A DNA stretch of 63,874 nucleotides, counting the filler, from Phoronis australis (taxonomy: Eukaryota; Animalia; Phoronida): NCBI GenBank assembly GCA_002633005.1. It is 14 parts of 14 records of this genome, joined end to end, with 100 filler letters (N's around TTAATTAATTAA, not from the genome) between each part and the next. Parts side by side here need not be neighbours in the genome. Positions count along the whole stretch, not along the records: positions 51,105 to 57,574 come from NMRA01000049.1; positions 57,675 to 59,074 come from NMRA01001873.1; positions 59,175 to 61,558 come from NMRA01003698.1; positions 61,659 to 63,874 come from NMRA01003790.1; 10 more parts are not named here. One strand, given 5' to 3'. The position numbers were made by a program, and so were the translations under genes. Shown piece by piece: positions 52,713-63,874 of this stretch. Each line of letters opens with the position of its first letter. Position 1 is the first letter of the stretch. Below the pieces are notes generated by a model. That model was not told the DNA's origin and did no database searches. It saw only the letters and a list, made by a program, of their open reading frames with translations.

Positions 52713-54928
52713 GTCCTACCGGGGTTCTCCGTAAATAAGCCCACCCGATGACGTTACAACTTGTGGTGTGAAGTGTCTAGACCGGGATCCCAGAGCTATT
52801 TTGGGCATGAAAAGGTAACCAATTTTCTTTGCTGCCACAGTGCTCTATGGGTNTTTTCAATTTAGCCGGTGGAGCGTGAGACCCCTGAGGTCCCAATCGA
52901 GTCCTCACGACAACTTCGCGTTATGACCAGTGAAGTAATACACGAGTAGTCAGTGTCCTGATAGGATTCTATTTCCGTTTTAACTTAAATCACACGCAAA
53001 TTCGTACATGCAGAACCCAGTCGAACATTACAACGCCAGTTTTATTAAATGATGAAATTCAATTTTCGTGTTATAGCTAAAGAGGACGATTTGTTTTTCT
53101 TTCTTACATAGGTCTCGTACATGACCGTATTCTTCAAGCCATCATGTGCTTGAACTTTCTGTCGGTACCTTTGCCTTTGCAATGATGTCTAAGTTGAGTG
53201 ATGCTTCTTCAAAACCGTTTCTTTATGTTATTCCATCACTCTGTGCGAGACCTCGTTCAATGTTATTTATCCGGATAGGGTTGACGTGGCAAACATTTGG
53301 ATCCTCGTAGCCATCGAAATCACTGATTATTTATCTGCGCCAGCTATTGAGGTATGGTCCATACGGAAATTAGTTGCCGAGACGCAGATAGTGTAAACTG
53401 ACGTTATTGTACAAAATGTCTCAATCTAGGGACGTTGACGGTGAACAACGTCTGTAACATGATGCAAAGGTGTGCAAGTGCTTACTGGATACGTCAAGAG
53501 ATTTGTCACGGTAGAGACGGTACGCATGTATGGAACGCACCTAGCCTGCCTCCCGTTCAGTAACGCTAGGACCTCGCTAAAACGCAAGATTTCGCGAGAT
53601 TTCGTGAGATATTGCCGAGTATTTTAAATGAGAACACGTGACTTTGTCTAGATTTTAGCTAGATCTTAGCGTAGGTCCCAGATTTACTGAACGCACGCCT
53701 GGCCTCTGTTGTGAGGAGTCATTTTTGACACGTGGCGAGTCATTTCTGAAGCACTGACGTGTCAATGACGCGGTCGAATAGTCAGTGCTGTAGTGGGGCG
53801 TAGGCGCACGTAGGCAAAGCCAATCACCTTTTGGCATTTGAACGTAGCGCCTACGCACCGTAAGTTACGTTCAGTACTTAAGGTGACACGGTGGGGTTTT
53901 GGTGCCTACTTACCTCAATTTCACCACAACACCACTGCGAGTAGTTGTCAAACATGTGTCGATGTTTTTAAAAGAAGCAATCCATATGTACACCGATTCA
54001 ACGCAAGGGTTCGGATCCCACACACTCGGTGTTGAATCGCTAATATTTCAGGAACAACTGCGCACGTAATACCTCAGTAAACTGTTTGACTTCCATCAGA
54101 CTGAGAGTGACATCTAAATTTGAATGCTCAAGATAAGTGATCGCGTTTACTCAAATTTTGTCTTCACTGCAATGTTTGTGATCCTGAGAAGCCGCGGCGT
54201 GAGAAGCGTAAAAAGTTACGGGGTCCTACGGTGCGTTGTTGTAATTTTCAAGCTTTCTGAAATACGAAAAGCGAAGTACTGTTATCACTAAAAAGTACGT
54301 GCAAAAGTCTTTATTCCTAAAAGACATGTTGACGGTTCCGTGTGAGTCAGGAAGGCTGAAATGTCCGGGTACCTGCGATTGTGACAGGACTGCAAAACAG
54401 TTCAAGTACAAACAGACTCATGTCGTCTACCACATGTTTTGCAGTTGTTGGGTAGTTGCATTTATCATCGAGAACTAACGGTTCACAGGCTGTAATGTGG
54501 TCCTCAGTACTTGAATCTCACGAATCCTTAAAAAAGTCATAGTCGAGTCTTAAAACTTCAAAAAATAAACTATCTAACAACATGCCGTCTGTTTTTGAGA
54601 CTAATTTCCAGGAAATTTTTTAATAGACAAAATTGATGCACGTGTTATATACATATTTCTTATGAATGTTTGTCGGCGTCGGGAAAGCACGGCCGATGTG
54701 TTGCTGGGAAATGTGCTAATCAGAAAACCAAAAGTCATAAAATATGTGACTGATTTAAGCAGTGAGACTTCATACTAGACCGGGATCCCAGAGCTTTTTT
54801 GGGCATGAAAAGGTAACCAATTTTCTTTGGTGCCACAGTGCTCTGTGAGTATCCTGATGCTTGGAAATGGCCGTCTGGCAGGTTCGCTCTGGTGGGTGTG
54901 GTCAGGGGAGCCAAGAGAGTGACACTCG

Positions 54929-55582
54929 AAAATTGAGCTAGATCAACTTTTCTGGTAACCACTTCAAACTACCTTGGATACCTACTACGTAATCCACTGT
55001 ATCAAAATTGGCCACTGCCAGACAATTTCAGTGGTGGGGAGTACCCGCCAGACGAACATATACAGGGTACAAAAATTGAGCTAGATCAATCCAAGAGGTA
55101 ACCGCTTGAAACCAGTCGCAAAATTTTCACCATAAGCCCAGGTATCACGAATGAACACTGCCAGACAAATCTAGTGGTGGGTTACCCCCGCCAGACACGC
55201 CCAAATACCAGAATTGAGCTAGATCAATCCATCAGGTAACCGCTTGAAACCAATTGCACGATGTTCAGCATCACTGAACATGGCACAAAAGTTAGATGCC
55301 AGACAATTTCTGCGGTGGGGTGCCCTTGCCAGACGATTATCAAAAAGGGCTAAAATTGAGCTAGATCAATCCAAGAGGTAACCGCACGAAACCAGTTGCA
55401 AAATATTCACCGTAGCCCCGGGTATCACGAATAAGCACTGCCAGACAAATCTAGTGGTGGGTTAGCCCCGCCAGACACGCCCAAATACCCGAGTTGAGGT
55501 AGATCAACCCACCAGGTAACCGTTTGATAACCAATTGCACGATGTTCAGCATCACTGTACATGGTGCGACAGCGAGATGGCA
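54929..55582. repeat. Tandem array of ~140-bp monomers with ~280-bp dimer period
   Basis: AATTGAGCTAGATCAA-type landmark at ~54931, 55074, 55212, 55354 and 55491; alternate monomers are more alike. Diverged copy at ~42640-42830. Confidence 0.88.
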
Positions 55583-56399
55583 GGAGTAGAAACAAAATTC
55601 ATAAAAGCCTATTTGCGCTGAGTAAGCACCAAGTTGAGGAACCAAGCACTTTTTACATAAGGTGAGAGATTTTTGTCTGCAAATTTATGTCAGGGCATGA
55701 AAAATCAGAAAAATCGCGCCTGATCGGTTGGAGCGACCTCACAAGTCTACGCAACAACAACGGAATACTCCACATGATATATTCTAATTCACAATTAAAA
55801 ACAGAACATAGAAATCCGTCCCGTTTTACCAGTCTAAAGTACGTCCCCCTGTTTTCGGACGAATTTTACCCAAATCCACATCTCATTTGATGTAACTCTT
55901 ACAACGAGGAATAATCGAAATGGCGTCTTTTGCTGCCGTCTGCGTTATGTATGCACACCAACTACCGTCATTTCCGTTGTACACGTGCTTAACCACGACG
56001 AGCTATTTGACATGGGCGTTGAAAGCTGAAAACAACGGAGGTTTCGGGAGATTCTTGACTATTATCGGTGAGTAGTTTTCTAATATAATTGTTCATGAGT
56101 GTTGACTGCCAAGTAGTAGCGTGATTTCAAACAGGTGGATTACAATTAGAAAGCCCGTCATAGGCCCAACCTATTTTCTTGGTAAATCGACCTTCACATG
56201 TGCCCTGTGACATGCAGTTTTTACTATTTAATGAAAGCTCTATTCGTTTTGACCGTCGTTTCGCTGGGTCCGCATCGATATTTTCCGGTCCCTGAGTTAC
56301 CTCTTCTCTATATTCCGCAACTGATATTTTCTCGGGCCTATGTTTCTTAGCGCCGATCCTCTCCCGACGCTATATTCTTTCCCAAATACTGTTTTCCCA

Positions 56400-57574
56400 G
56401 CCCAGATGTCCCTATGTTCCCAAATGGCCATGGTGGGACAGAAGCTGATGTCTCAGCATACACAACTCAGAATCTCCTTAAGAAGATCAAAGACCAATTT
56501 GGAGGCAGAGATGGGCTACTCTTCATCTTCGGTCTCAAATCGTGCAAAGACACCTATTCCAACAACAGTGCAGAATTTGAAATCATGTGCACCTAAGATA
56601 CCGCAGCAACTTGAACTGTTTTACCGAACACTTCTCTGTGGCATTACAACATCAAACTCTCAAAGAGAATCCATTGACCGCAAAGTGACCACAATGGCAT
56701 CTGACGCCATTTACAACGTTACCCGTGGTAATGTGAGGCCGTGGAAGCACACGTCCCTGAGACTTGGTCTGTCTTCTCTGTCAGGTTCAAAACTGTCTTT
56801 GCAGATTCTAAACAGAGCAGGACATTCCATTGGCTACAAGGAAAGCAAAGGCCNTCTGACGCCATTTACAACGTTACCCGTGGTAATGTGAGGCCGTGGA
56901 AGCACACGTCCCTGGGACTTGGTCTGTCTTCTCTATCAGGTTCAAAACTGTCTTTGCAGATTCTAAACAGAGAAGGACATTCCATTGGCTACAAGGAAAG
57001 CAAAGGCCTTGAGACTGAGTTTGCGTATTCCATAGAGTTGTATGAACGCGAAGCACCGGGTGGTATTCGACTCTTTCCAAATCTAGCCACTGCCTCTGTT
57101 TGGGATAATAATGACGCACACGTCGAAGCATTAGATGGCATGTCAACACTGCCCGCAACTGTTGATCATAGCTACCAGAATGTGGTGGAAGATGAAAGGG
57201 AAGATACTTCTGCTGCACTGTTGTTTCGAGAAGGAAGGAATCGTCGACAGTTTGTGGGGGTAGAGCAGGAAGTGCAGCCATTCAGAAAATCTCTTAAGGA
57301 CGTTACTTTTTCAAATATCAACATGAACTCTGCTCAAACAATCTTGTCAGAGGCACTGAAGTAAACTGCAAGAACAACTTGTTGGATCTCTTTTGGTTTT
57401 TGAAACTAAGGGAAGGTAACACTCCACTGCATGCTGGATTTAAAGCAGTTACACACGGGACCCCTTGCTTCGTCAAAGGATCTGTTACATGGACCACCAA
57501 TCACCAACCAACAACAGTGTTGTTTAAGAAACTATGATCCGCACAATGTATGTAGCCAGAGAGACTGGGCAAGA
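56400..57574 (+). pseudogene. Degraded large DNA-transposon ORF (Academ-like transposase region)
   Basis: Motifs DAIYNVTRG..RPWKH.SLGLGL.SLSGSK...ILNR.GHSIGY...ETEFA and WDNND...EALDG.STL..T....YQ, recognised from memory as Academ-type transposase. Intronless, with frameshifts. Confidence 0.6.
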
Positions 57575-58567
57575 NNNNNNNNNNNNNNNNNNNNNNNNNN
57601 NNNNNNNNNNNNNNNNNNTTAATTAATTAANNNNNNNNNNNNNNNNNNNNNNNNNNNNNNNNNNNNNNNNNNNNGCCACCGCCAAGTTGTTAGATAAACA
57701 TTGTTACAAAACAGCAAGCATAGATGACAGAATAAGTATTCACAGTGTTCGGTTTACAATGATAGTATTAGACAGATAGCGTAATAGAATGCCTTGTCCA
57801 ATGAGCTACATATTAATTTATCTCATTGGTTTTGGCTCAGTCACCAGGGTCCAACTTATTTGTTTTCTTCAGACCACACGCCTGCTAGGTGTCGCTACCT
57901 TTCGTGAAACAACAATGGTCGCCACTGACTGAACAGGTTCGTTTCCCTACAGACTCTGGTACACACTAACAAAAACATGCGATGGCATTCATGTACACGC
58001 TGGAACATTGGCATAACCACTGGGGACACAACAGCAGGACCGTTAACCCTTTTCCTGTTCACTGAAAAAGGCTCTCGGCTAGCGTTCTGTTCGATGTTGC
58101 GCTTCCCTCGGCCCGCTCCTGCTCATGCCTTGCAAAGCGCCTCTAGGACTTGCCACTCACCACCCCCCCCTTTCTCCACCGGACGCCAACAATTTAACTT
58201 TTTTGACCCTATGCATGCGTTCTCCATTTGTGGAAATATATAGCAACCGAGCATATCATTTAATGACGCGATGACAAGTGATGCGTCTTAGCTTTTTACG
58301 CTAAAAACTATCCAATTTGGTAAGTGTAACTGAGCGAGATGCGTTCCGTATAGCCATGTTCTTCTCATCTCATCATGGAAGCAAAGCACGAAAGTACATT
58401 ACTTTCTAGCGGGTGTCTTGCGTCTACGGAATATGGCCCTGGTATCCTACATGTAAAATACTACTGTTTGCAAATTTCAATCATATCATATGCAACTCTG
58501 TAGGGCCGTGAAAACAGTTAACGCCGCAGATCCTCCGCTCCCTCCCTTGAAGCTTGTGGCTAAAGAT

Positions 58568-58649
58568 ATGGACTTCAGCGACGTTAACGAAGTAAATCTG
58601 GGCGATGACGTGTACATCTGTGCCGTAGTCACACCAGTCACCCGATCAC
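58568..58649 (+). CDS. Candidate isolated coding exon, product unknown
   Basis: ATG-initiated MDFSDVNEVNLGDDVYICAVVTPVTRS with a strong C|GTGAGT donor in a locally GC-richer patch. No recognisable homology. Confidence 0.25.
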
Positions 58650-60746
58650 GTGAGTATAGGACCGGGTAAAACTACGTACTTTACTGAATCCAATATTGAA
58701 ATACTATTGTAAATTTATTTTCTTTGTTGTCACCGAGTTACTTTTGTTGAATGGGCTTCAGCAATGATAAATGTTATTCGAAGGGATATTTCGTAAGTTA
58801 CATTCCCTTGGCGTTTATGCCCGTGAAGGCGAGCGTAGACAACAAGCTGCGAGCTAAGCTGCAGTCCTCAAGTAAACTGTAGCTCGGCTGACACCTGGAG
58901 GTGGATTTCCTGCATACAACAAGCAAAGTGTTCGAAGTCTTACTGAATTCCCTACGTTAGTAGTAGACATCGTAAACATAGTACACACGATTACAATGCG
59001 AGAGAGATGTGCTTCACACAGTTATCGTTTCGATTTGCAAAATATAAGCACCCGTGCCAGTGGCGGATTTAGAGNNNNNNNNNNNNNNNNNNNNNNNNNN
59101 NNNNNNNNNNNNNNNNNNTTAATTAATTAANNNNNNNNNNNNNNNNNNNNNNNNNNNNNNNNNNNNNNNNNNNNGCATTGCTGTAGATGATGTTCAAATA
59201 GCATTGCTGTAGATGATGTTCAAATAGCATTGCCGTTTAGTTCCTGCCACACATTAACATAATTAGGAACTTGCAAATACATCTCTTGGAAATTGGTATT
59301 GAAAATGAAAGACCACTCAATATTTTTCGAGCCTGGTTCTGCTAAATTCTGCTAATAACATCTCAACCCTGATTCTGATAAATTCTGCTAATTTGATGGC
59401 TGGCATGACATAACTTGTAGTCAATAATGACGCTGGTTTCCAACAGTTTGTCTAATCTGATTTACATCTGACCAAGACTGGGCCATCAGTGTCATTCCTA
59501 TCTTTACACCAGGCTCATCTGGCCGTGACATCAGTACACAGACAGACACACTATGTCTAACAAGGTAATTCTGTTAATTACAACACATCATCTCCATCAC
59601 GACCAGGAGCAGTAACGATGCTCACTGTGAGGACTACTCACTTCCTAGTGAGAAACACATACACACATGTGGTAGTTACATCAAAACCAATGTTTCAGAA
59701 GTAATTTTGTGTATTGCTGATTAGACAAAGATAAGTCAGATTATATTGGCACATGCTAGACACAACCCAGCAAACTATTTTCATTCTTGTTACCTTGTCT
59801 GGTTTGCTGACTTTTTGCCTAACTTCAAAATGTAAAATGGCGCCAATTTACAATGAGGACAGCAACTTTTTTGAAACTTTTGTAATGGAGTGGTTCACTT
59901 CTGTGTGCCCGGCATTGAGAGCAAAATGAGACATGCAGATTTGCATTTTACGTTGAACTCGCTAAAACAACCTAGCAATGAGAAGTACATAATTGAGATT
60001 TTTTCGCTGTCTTCTTACCAAAGTCTTTTTAAAGCTTCAAAATGATGAATGTGCTACAGAAACACAACTACCAGGTAAATGCTGTTCATGCCCCATCGCC
60101 ATGTATTTTCTTTTCCATTGGCGGGAGTAGGATCTATCAGCTGCAGGTATCTCGTACAAACACAATTAAGCAACTGAATATAACTGCAAGGACTGCTTTG
60201 ACGCAACTTGAGAGTACATCAGATGTAAGCTCAACATTCGCGAGTTCATCAACCCAAAATTCACCACCAAAGAGCACACTTGTAGGTATTATAAGAAATT
60301 ATTGAGGGGTTTTAAGAGATGGGTTTTTCAAGTTCAATTCAATAAATGAGTGTCGAGTAGGGTTTATAACTCATATCTTACAAAAGAATTATGTTACGGG
60401 GGAAAACACTCTCTGAAAGGACAATTTTTGAGCACATTTCCAAAAAAAGAAAATGGATCCCTTATACTCAATCTGTCTCTCTAAAACGAAGGGATTCTAT
60501 CATGCCAACTGTTATAAGATAGGCATCCCAATTTTTAGGGGTAATATAGTGGAGTTCTTCGCACTAACTAAGAATATTGTTCATCTAAAAAACGGTAGCT
60601 GCCAGGGTACATATGGACATTGGCAAGAGCTATTATATAGCAATTCATGCTGAGCCAGAAGGATGTCATAGACTGTTAACTTAGCAATGTCACAATTGTG
60701 GCATGGTTGCAATCCATCCACACAAATACATGCAGGTGCTATCTAT

Positions 60747-60987
60747 AGGGCCTTTCATACTAACGTCGACGCGTCGATGGTTTGGGGAGTTGCGGTCAGT
60801 ATGAACGCTGAACTCCGGTCCTGGATCGCAGTTAAGAGCTCCAGTTAACATCGCAGTTAATAGGTGGATTTAAGACTGCAGCGTCGACGCTGCGGTGCAG
60901 TATGAACGCTTANGAACGGTCCAGTTAACTGCGCTGTTTACGTCGACGCTCCGCTCAGACCGGAGTTAAGTCAATATGAAAGGGCCT
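60747..60987. mobile_element. 241-bp MITE, PIF/Harbinger-like, TAT TSD
   Basis: TAT|AGGGCCTTTCATACTAAC ... GTCAATATGAAAGGGCCT|TAT; interior has repeated CGTCGACG and CAGTATGAACGCT. Confidence 0.8.
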
Positions 60988-62731
60988 TATCAGTTCCACA
61001 AATGTGCCAAGTCACATTTATTACCCCACAGTTGGCTCATGCCTCCCAAAAACAATTACATACGACTCACAAGCGCTAACAAATATAGTAACAATTTTTC
61101 TTCACAGATATGTGCATAAAACCACATCCAGATCTGTAGCTTTACAATAGCTTCGCAAATGAGAATTAACAAAAGCGGCAGACAGAGGTAAAAGCACTAT
61201 GATTCTGCTAAAAAGTAATAAATCTCAACAATGATTCAACTGTAAATAAGACCTCAAAAGAATATAAATACTTGCAAAATATGATCATTATATTTGTCCC
61301 AATTGGTGACTAAATTATTAACCACACCGTAGCGCTAGTGAGAGAGTAGTCCTACATATACAAACACACATACATGCAAGTAGTCATGTGGTACATTTAT
61401 TTCACTAACATCCCCACCATGCTGATTATCAGGGCCCGGTCTCCAATCTCCGTACTCAGACTCGAATCATGCTCAAACTCAAACTTCATACTCAACTCGA
61501 GTACAGACTCAGCTTTGGTGTATTCAATGTCATACTCAAAAAATCTGTACTCGAAATTNNNNNNNNNNNNNNNNNNNNNNNNNNNNNNNNNNNNNNNNNN
61601 NNTTAATTAATTAANNNNNNNNNNNNNNNNNNNNNNNNNNNNNNNNNNNNNNNNNNNNCCAGTGCTGATTGTGCGTGTTGGGTTCTGCTTCCCTCTGCTA
61701 TGGAACTGCTTTCAAACAAACATAGCCCCACCTTTTGAGCAATTTCGTAACTCTTCACAAACCCAATAATATGTACTACTGCATCAAACAAAAAAATACT
61801 TGTGAAACATTGGATTCTTGATAATAGTTTATGGTTTATCCACGCATATATTCTCATATACTAACTAGCTAAATTTGCAAGTGACCCAACTGCATTTCAT
61901 GGATTTGTGCAAGTTATTGTGGCGAAGTTTTCTTCAAAGCAACGTACCTAGTAAGTTGTCATGGATAGTATATTTGAGAATGATTTATTTGACCTTATTT
62001 TTACAAATTTCTCAAATGAGTTGAAAACAGAAATATAAAAACAAAACAAAAATAATGGATCAACTGAAATTTTTTGATAAAATCACATCCTTTGTCAACA
62101 GAAACAGAAATAAAGTAAAATCAAGCACGATATGACAAATAACATTCGACATGTGGTGTAATGAAAATGTTAGATTACAATGACAAATCTCAAACCCCTA
62201 ACAGCTCTGGCTTGGGGACTCGGTCATTAGTCAAAGCTACGACACTAATAAAGGACTGCTAATATTTGACAATTCCAAAGTGTACTATCCTGGAAGAAAA
62301 ATTCTTGTTCGTTCTGATGATATACATATTTCATAAACTTAATTATTGACAAAAATAGTGGTTAATTTTGCATTCTTCTCCACCTACCTACAATGTCAGG
62401 TTCGGTTCATTAAAGCCATTTCCATATCACACAATAAAAGCACACAAACAAGTGGTGGAGACTTTAGCTCATCAAACATCAACCAGACACTTGAATCAAT
62501 TAACTGCAGGTGCCACAAAATGATAATTTGAGTAATACATGTAGATATGTAATTACTAGTACAATTACAACCCATACATTATACCGCGAAACACAAAAAC
62601 ACTAATTAAGCATTTGCTGCAATTGCTAAGGTAAAGATCTACAATAGTCGCAATAAGTGCAGTCACAAATGTTGTAGATGTGCTTGCGGTGAATTATATG
62701 AGCCTCTGTTAGCTATTCGCTAACGGGCAAT

Positions 62732-62804
62732 TGCCTATTAGCTGAATGGTTAGCATGCTTGCCGGGTTTTATGGGGGTCGCGGGTTCGATCCCCGGGTCG
62801 GGTG
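62732..62804 (+). promoter_or_regulatory. tRNA-like Pol III internal promoter in the 5' LTR
   Basis: A box TAGCTGAATGG (62739-62749) and B box GGTTCGATCCC (62783-62793) at tRNA spacing; T-arm CGGG-TTCGATC-CCCG. No clean anticodon arm. Confidence 0.85.
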
Positions 62805-62824
62805 ATCTCGGCTATTACTACAAA

Positions 62825-62838
62825 TGGCGTAGTCGGCA
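62825..62838 (+). promoter_or_regulatory. Primer-binding site complementary to tRNA-Ser 3' end
   Basis: TGGCGTAGTCGGCA lies 2 nt after the LTR and is the reverse complement of ...TGCCGACTACG-CCA, the 3' end of metazoan tRNA-Ser(AGA/TGA). Confidence 0.85.
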
Positions 62839-63042
62839 AACGGATGATCTACCGATGAAGCACTGCCAACTAGTACCCACGGACCTCGGGACGGCGTGCG
62901 TGGAAGGTTCCAGGAGTCAAGGACCTGCATGAGAGACAACCTTGTGTTCACCTGTGTTGTGGTGGTAAAGGTACCAAGGGACGTTGATGACCTGTATGCG
63001 AGACATCCTGGTGTTCACCTTCCTGTCGCGTGCCCGTTCCGT

Positions 63043-63056
63043 AGGAAGGGGGGGAA
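63043..63056 (+). promoter_or_regulatory. Polypurine tract
   Basis: AGGAAGGGGGGGAA immediately precedes the TGT of the 3' LTR. Confidence 0.9.
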
Positions 63057-63530
63057 TGTTGTAGATGTGCTTCCGGTGAATTATATGAGCCTCTGTTAGC
63101 TACTCGCTAACGGGCAATTGCCTATTAGCTGAAGGGTTAGCACGCTTGCTGGGTTTTATGGGGGTCGCGGTTTCGATCCCTGGGTGGGGTGATCTCGGCT
63201 ATTACTACACAAGAATATGCACCAAAATAGATGGAAGATTGTTTCTTGTAAACGGTGTTAGTGACTGAATCAGTGAGTGGTAAGGACAATGATCACCATC
63301 TCTAGCTGGCTCCAGTCGGGACGGTGAAGCTCCTAAAGGAGTGGGCGCAGTAAATATAGGAGGATGTGCAGTGTAAAATTAGCCAGCTGCCGAGTTGGGC
63401 TATACTGAATAAAGGACTGCTTGAAGAAAAAGTTTGATTACGGGAGTATTTCTATTTGTTGAGTTGGATGCAATTAAAATACATCGAGGCCCGAGGCCGA
63501 GGGCCTCTAGTCTATATGCCAAGGACGGTG

Positions 63531-63855
63531 ACCTCTATACGTAACAACATGACATGTTATAATCAATATGACGTATAATTTGCAGAAAAGCTTCCGGCGA
63601 ATGAATCATGTACCATCTCTACTGAGTACTGCCCTGAGGCCAGCTAGACGGTGGTCACTGAGACCAATCCAATGCTATTGTCTATGAGTATGATAGGCAA
63701 TGACCATCGCCTCTGTTGGCCCGAAGCAGAGGCGATGCAGAGGCTATAGGCGCTCTGTACGCCGGAAGCTTTTCGGCGAATTATGCCTCGCACCGACTAA
63801 ACCATCAAAGTCACGTTGTTACAAATACCTTTTGCGCATAGAGGAACACCTTAGG
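63531..63855. mobile_element. MITE-like element with long diverged inverted arms
   Basis: Left arm CCTCTAT..TAACAACATGAC...ATAATTTGCAGAAAAGCTTCCGGCG is mirrored by right arm CGCCGGAAGCTTTTCGGCGAATTAT...GTCACGTTGTTA...ATAGAGG. Confidence 0.6.
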
Positions 63856-63874
63856 AGGTTTTCGATGTGTTTAA

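Larger units (their letters stand above)
62670..63209 (+). mobile_element. TRIM (non-autonomous miniature LTR retrotransposon) with tRNA-derived LTRs
   Basis: Two 153-bp TGT...ACA direct repeats (62670-62822 and 63057-63209, 8 mismatches), PBS at 62825, PPT at 63043-63056 and a 234-bp interior with no recognisable coding content. Flanks CAAA/CAAG form an imperfect 4-bp TSD. Confidence 0.93.

Noticed and set aside
62732-62804. Functional tRNA gene
   Set aside because: The acceptor stem is poor, there is no proper anticodon arm and no downstream T-run terminator. It is part of an LTR present twice.
62769-63099. Short ORFs inside the TRIM
   Set aside because: The 60-67 aa ORFs have no gag/pol motifs and overlap the LTRs; consistent with chance.

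Overview
AT-rich, intron-containing animal (invertebrate-like) genomic DNA. It consists of 14 short pieces joined by 13 identical 100-bp artificial spacers (N-run/TTAATTAATTAA/N-run), so adjacency across spacers is not trustworthy. Genes: a complete 5-exon secreted CTHRC1-like gene (2114-11643, +) with a long collagen stretch and only 4 of the 8 usual C-domain cysteines; two internal exons of mitochondrial EF-Tu (TUFM); the first two exons of a secreted MAM-like protein; and exon 1 of a DHX33-like DEAH helicase. The rest is mostly mobile DNA: Kolobok-like ends with a THAP transposase remnant, an Academ-like transposase remnant, an L1/Tx1 3' fragment, a second THAP relic, Helentron/HINE-like elements carrying ~150-bp satellite arrays, and several MITEs. 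The most notable item is a 540-bp non-coding TRIM (62670-63209). It has a tRNA-Ser primer-binding site and a polypurine tract, and its two 153-bp LTRs each embed a tRNA-like Pol III promoter. All calls are by eye; no searches were run.
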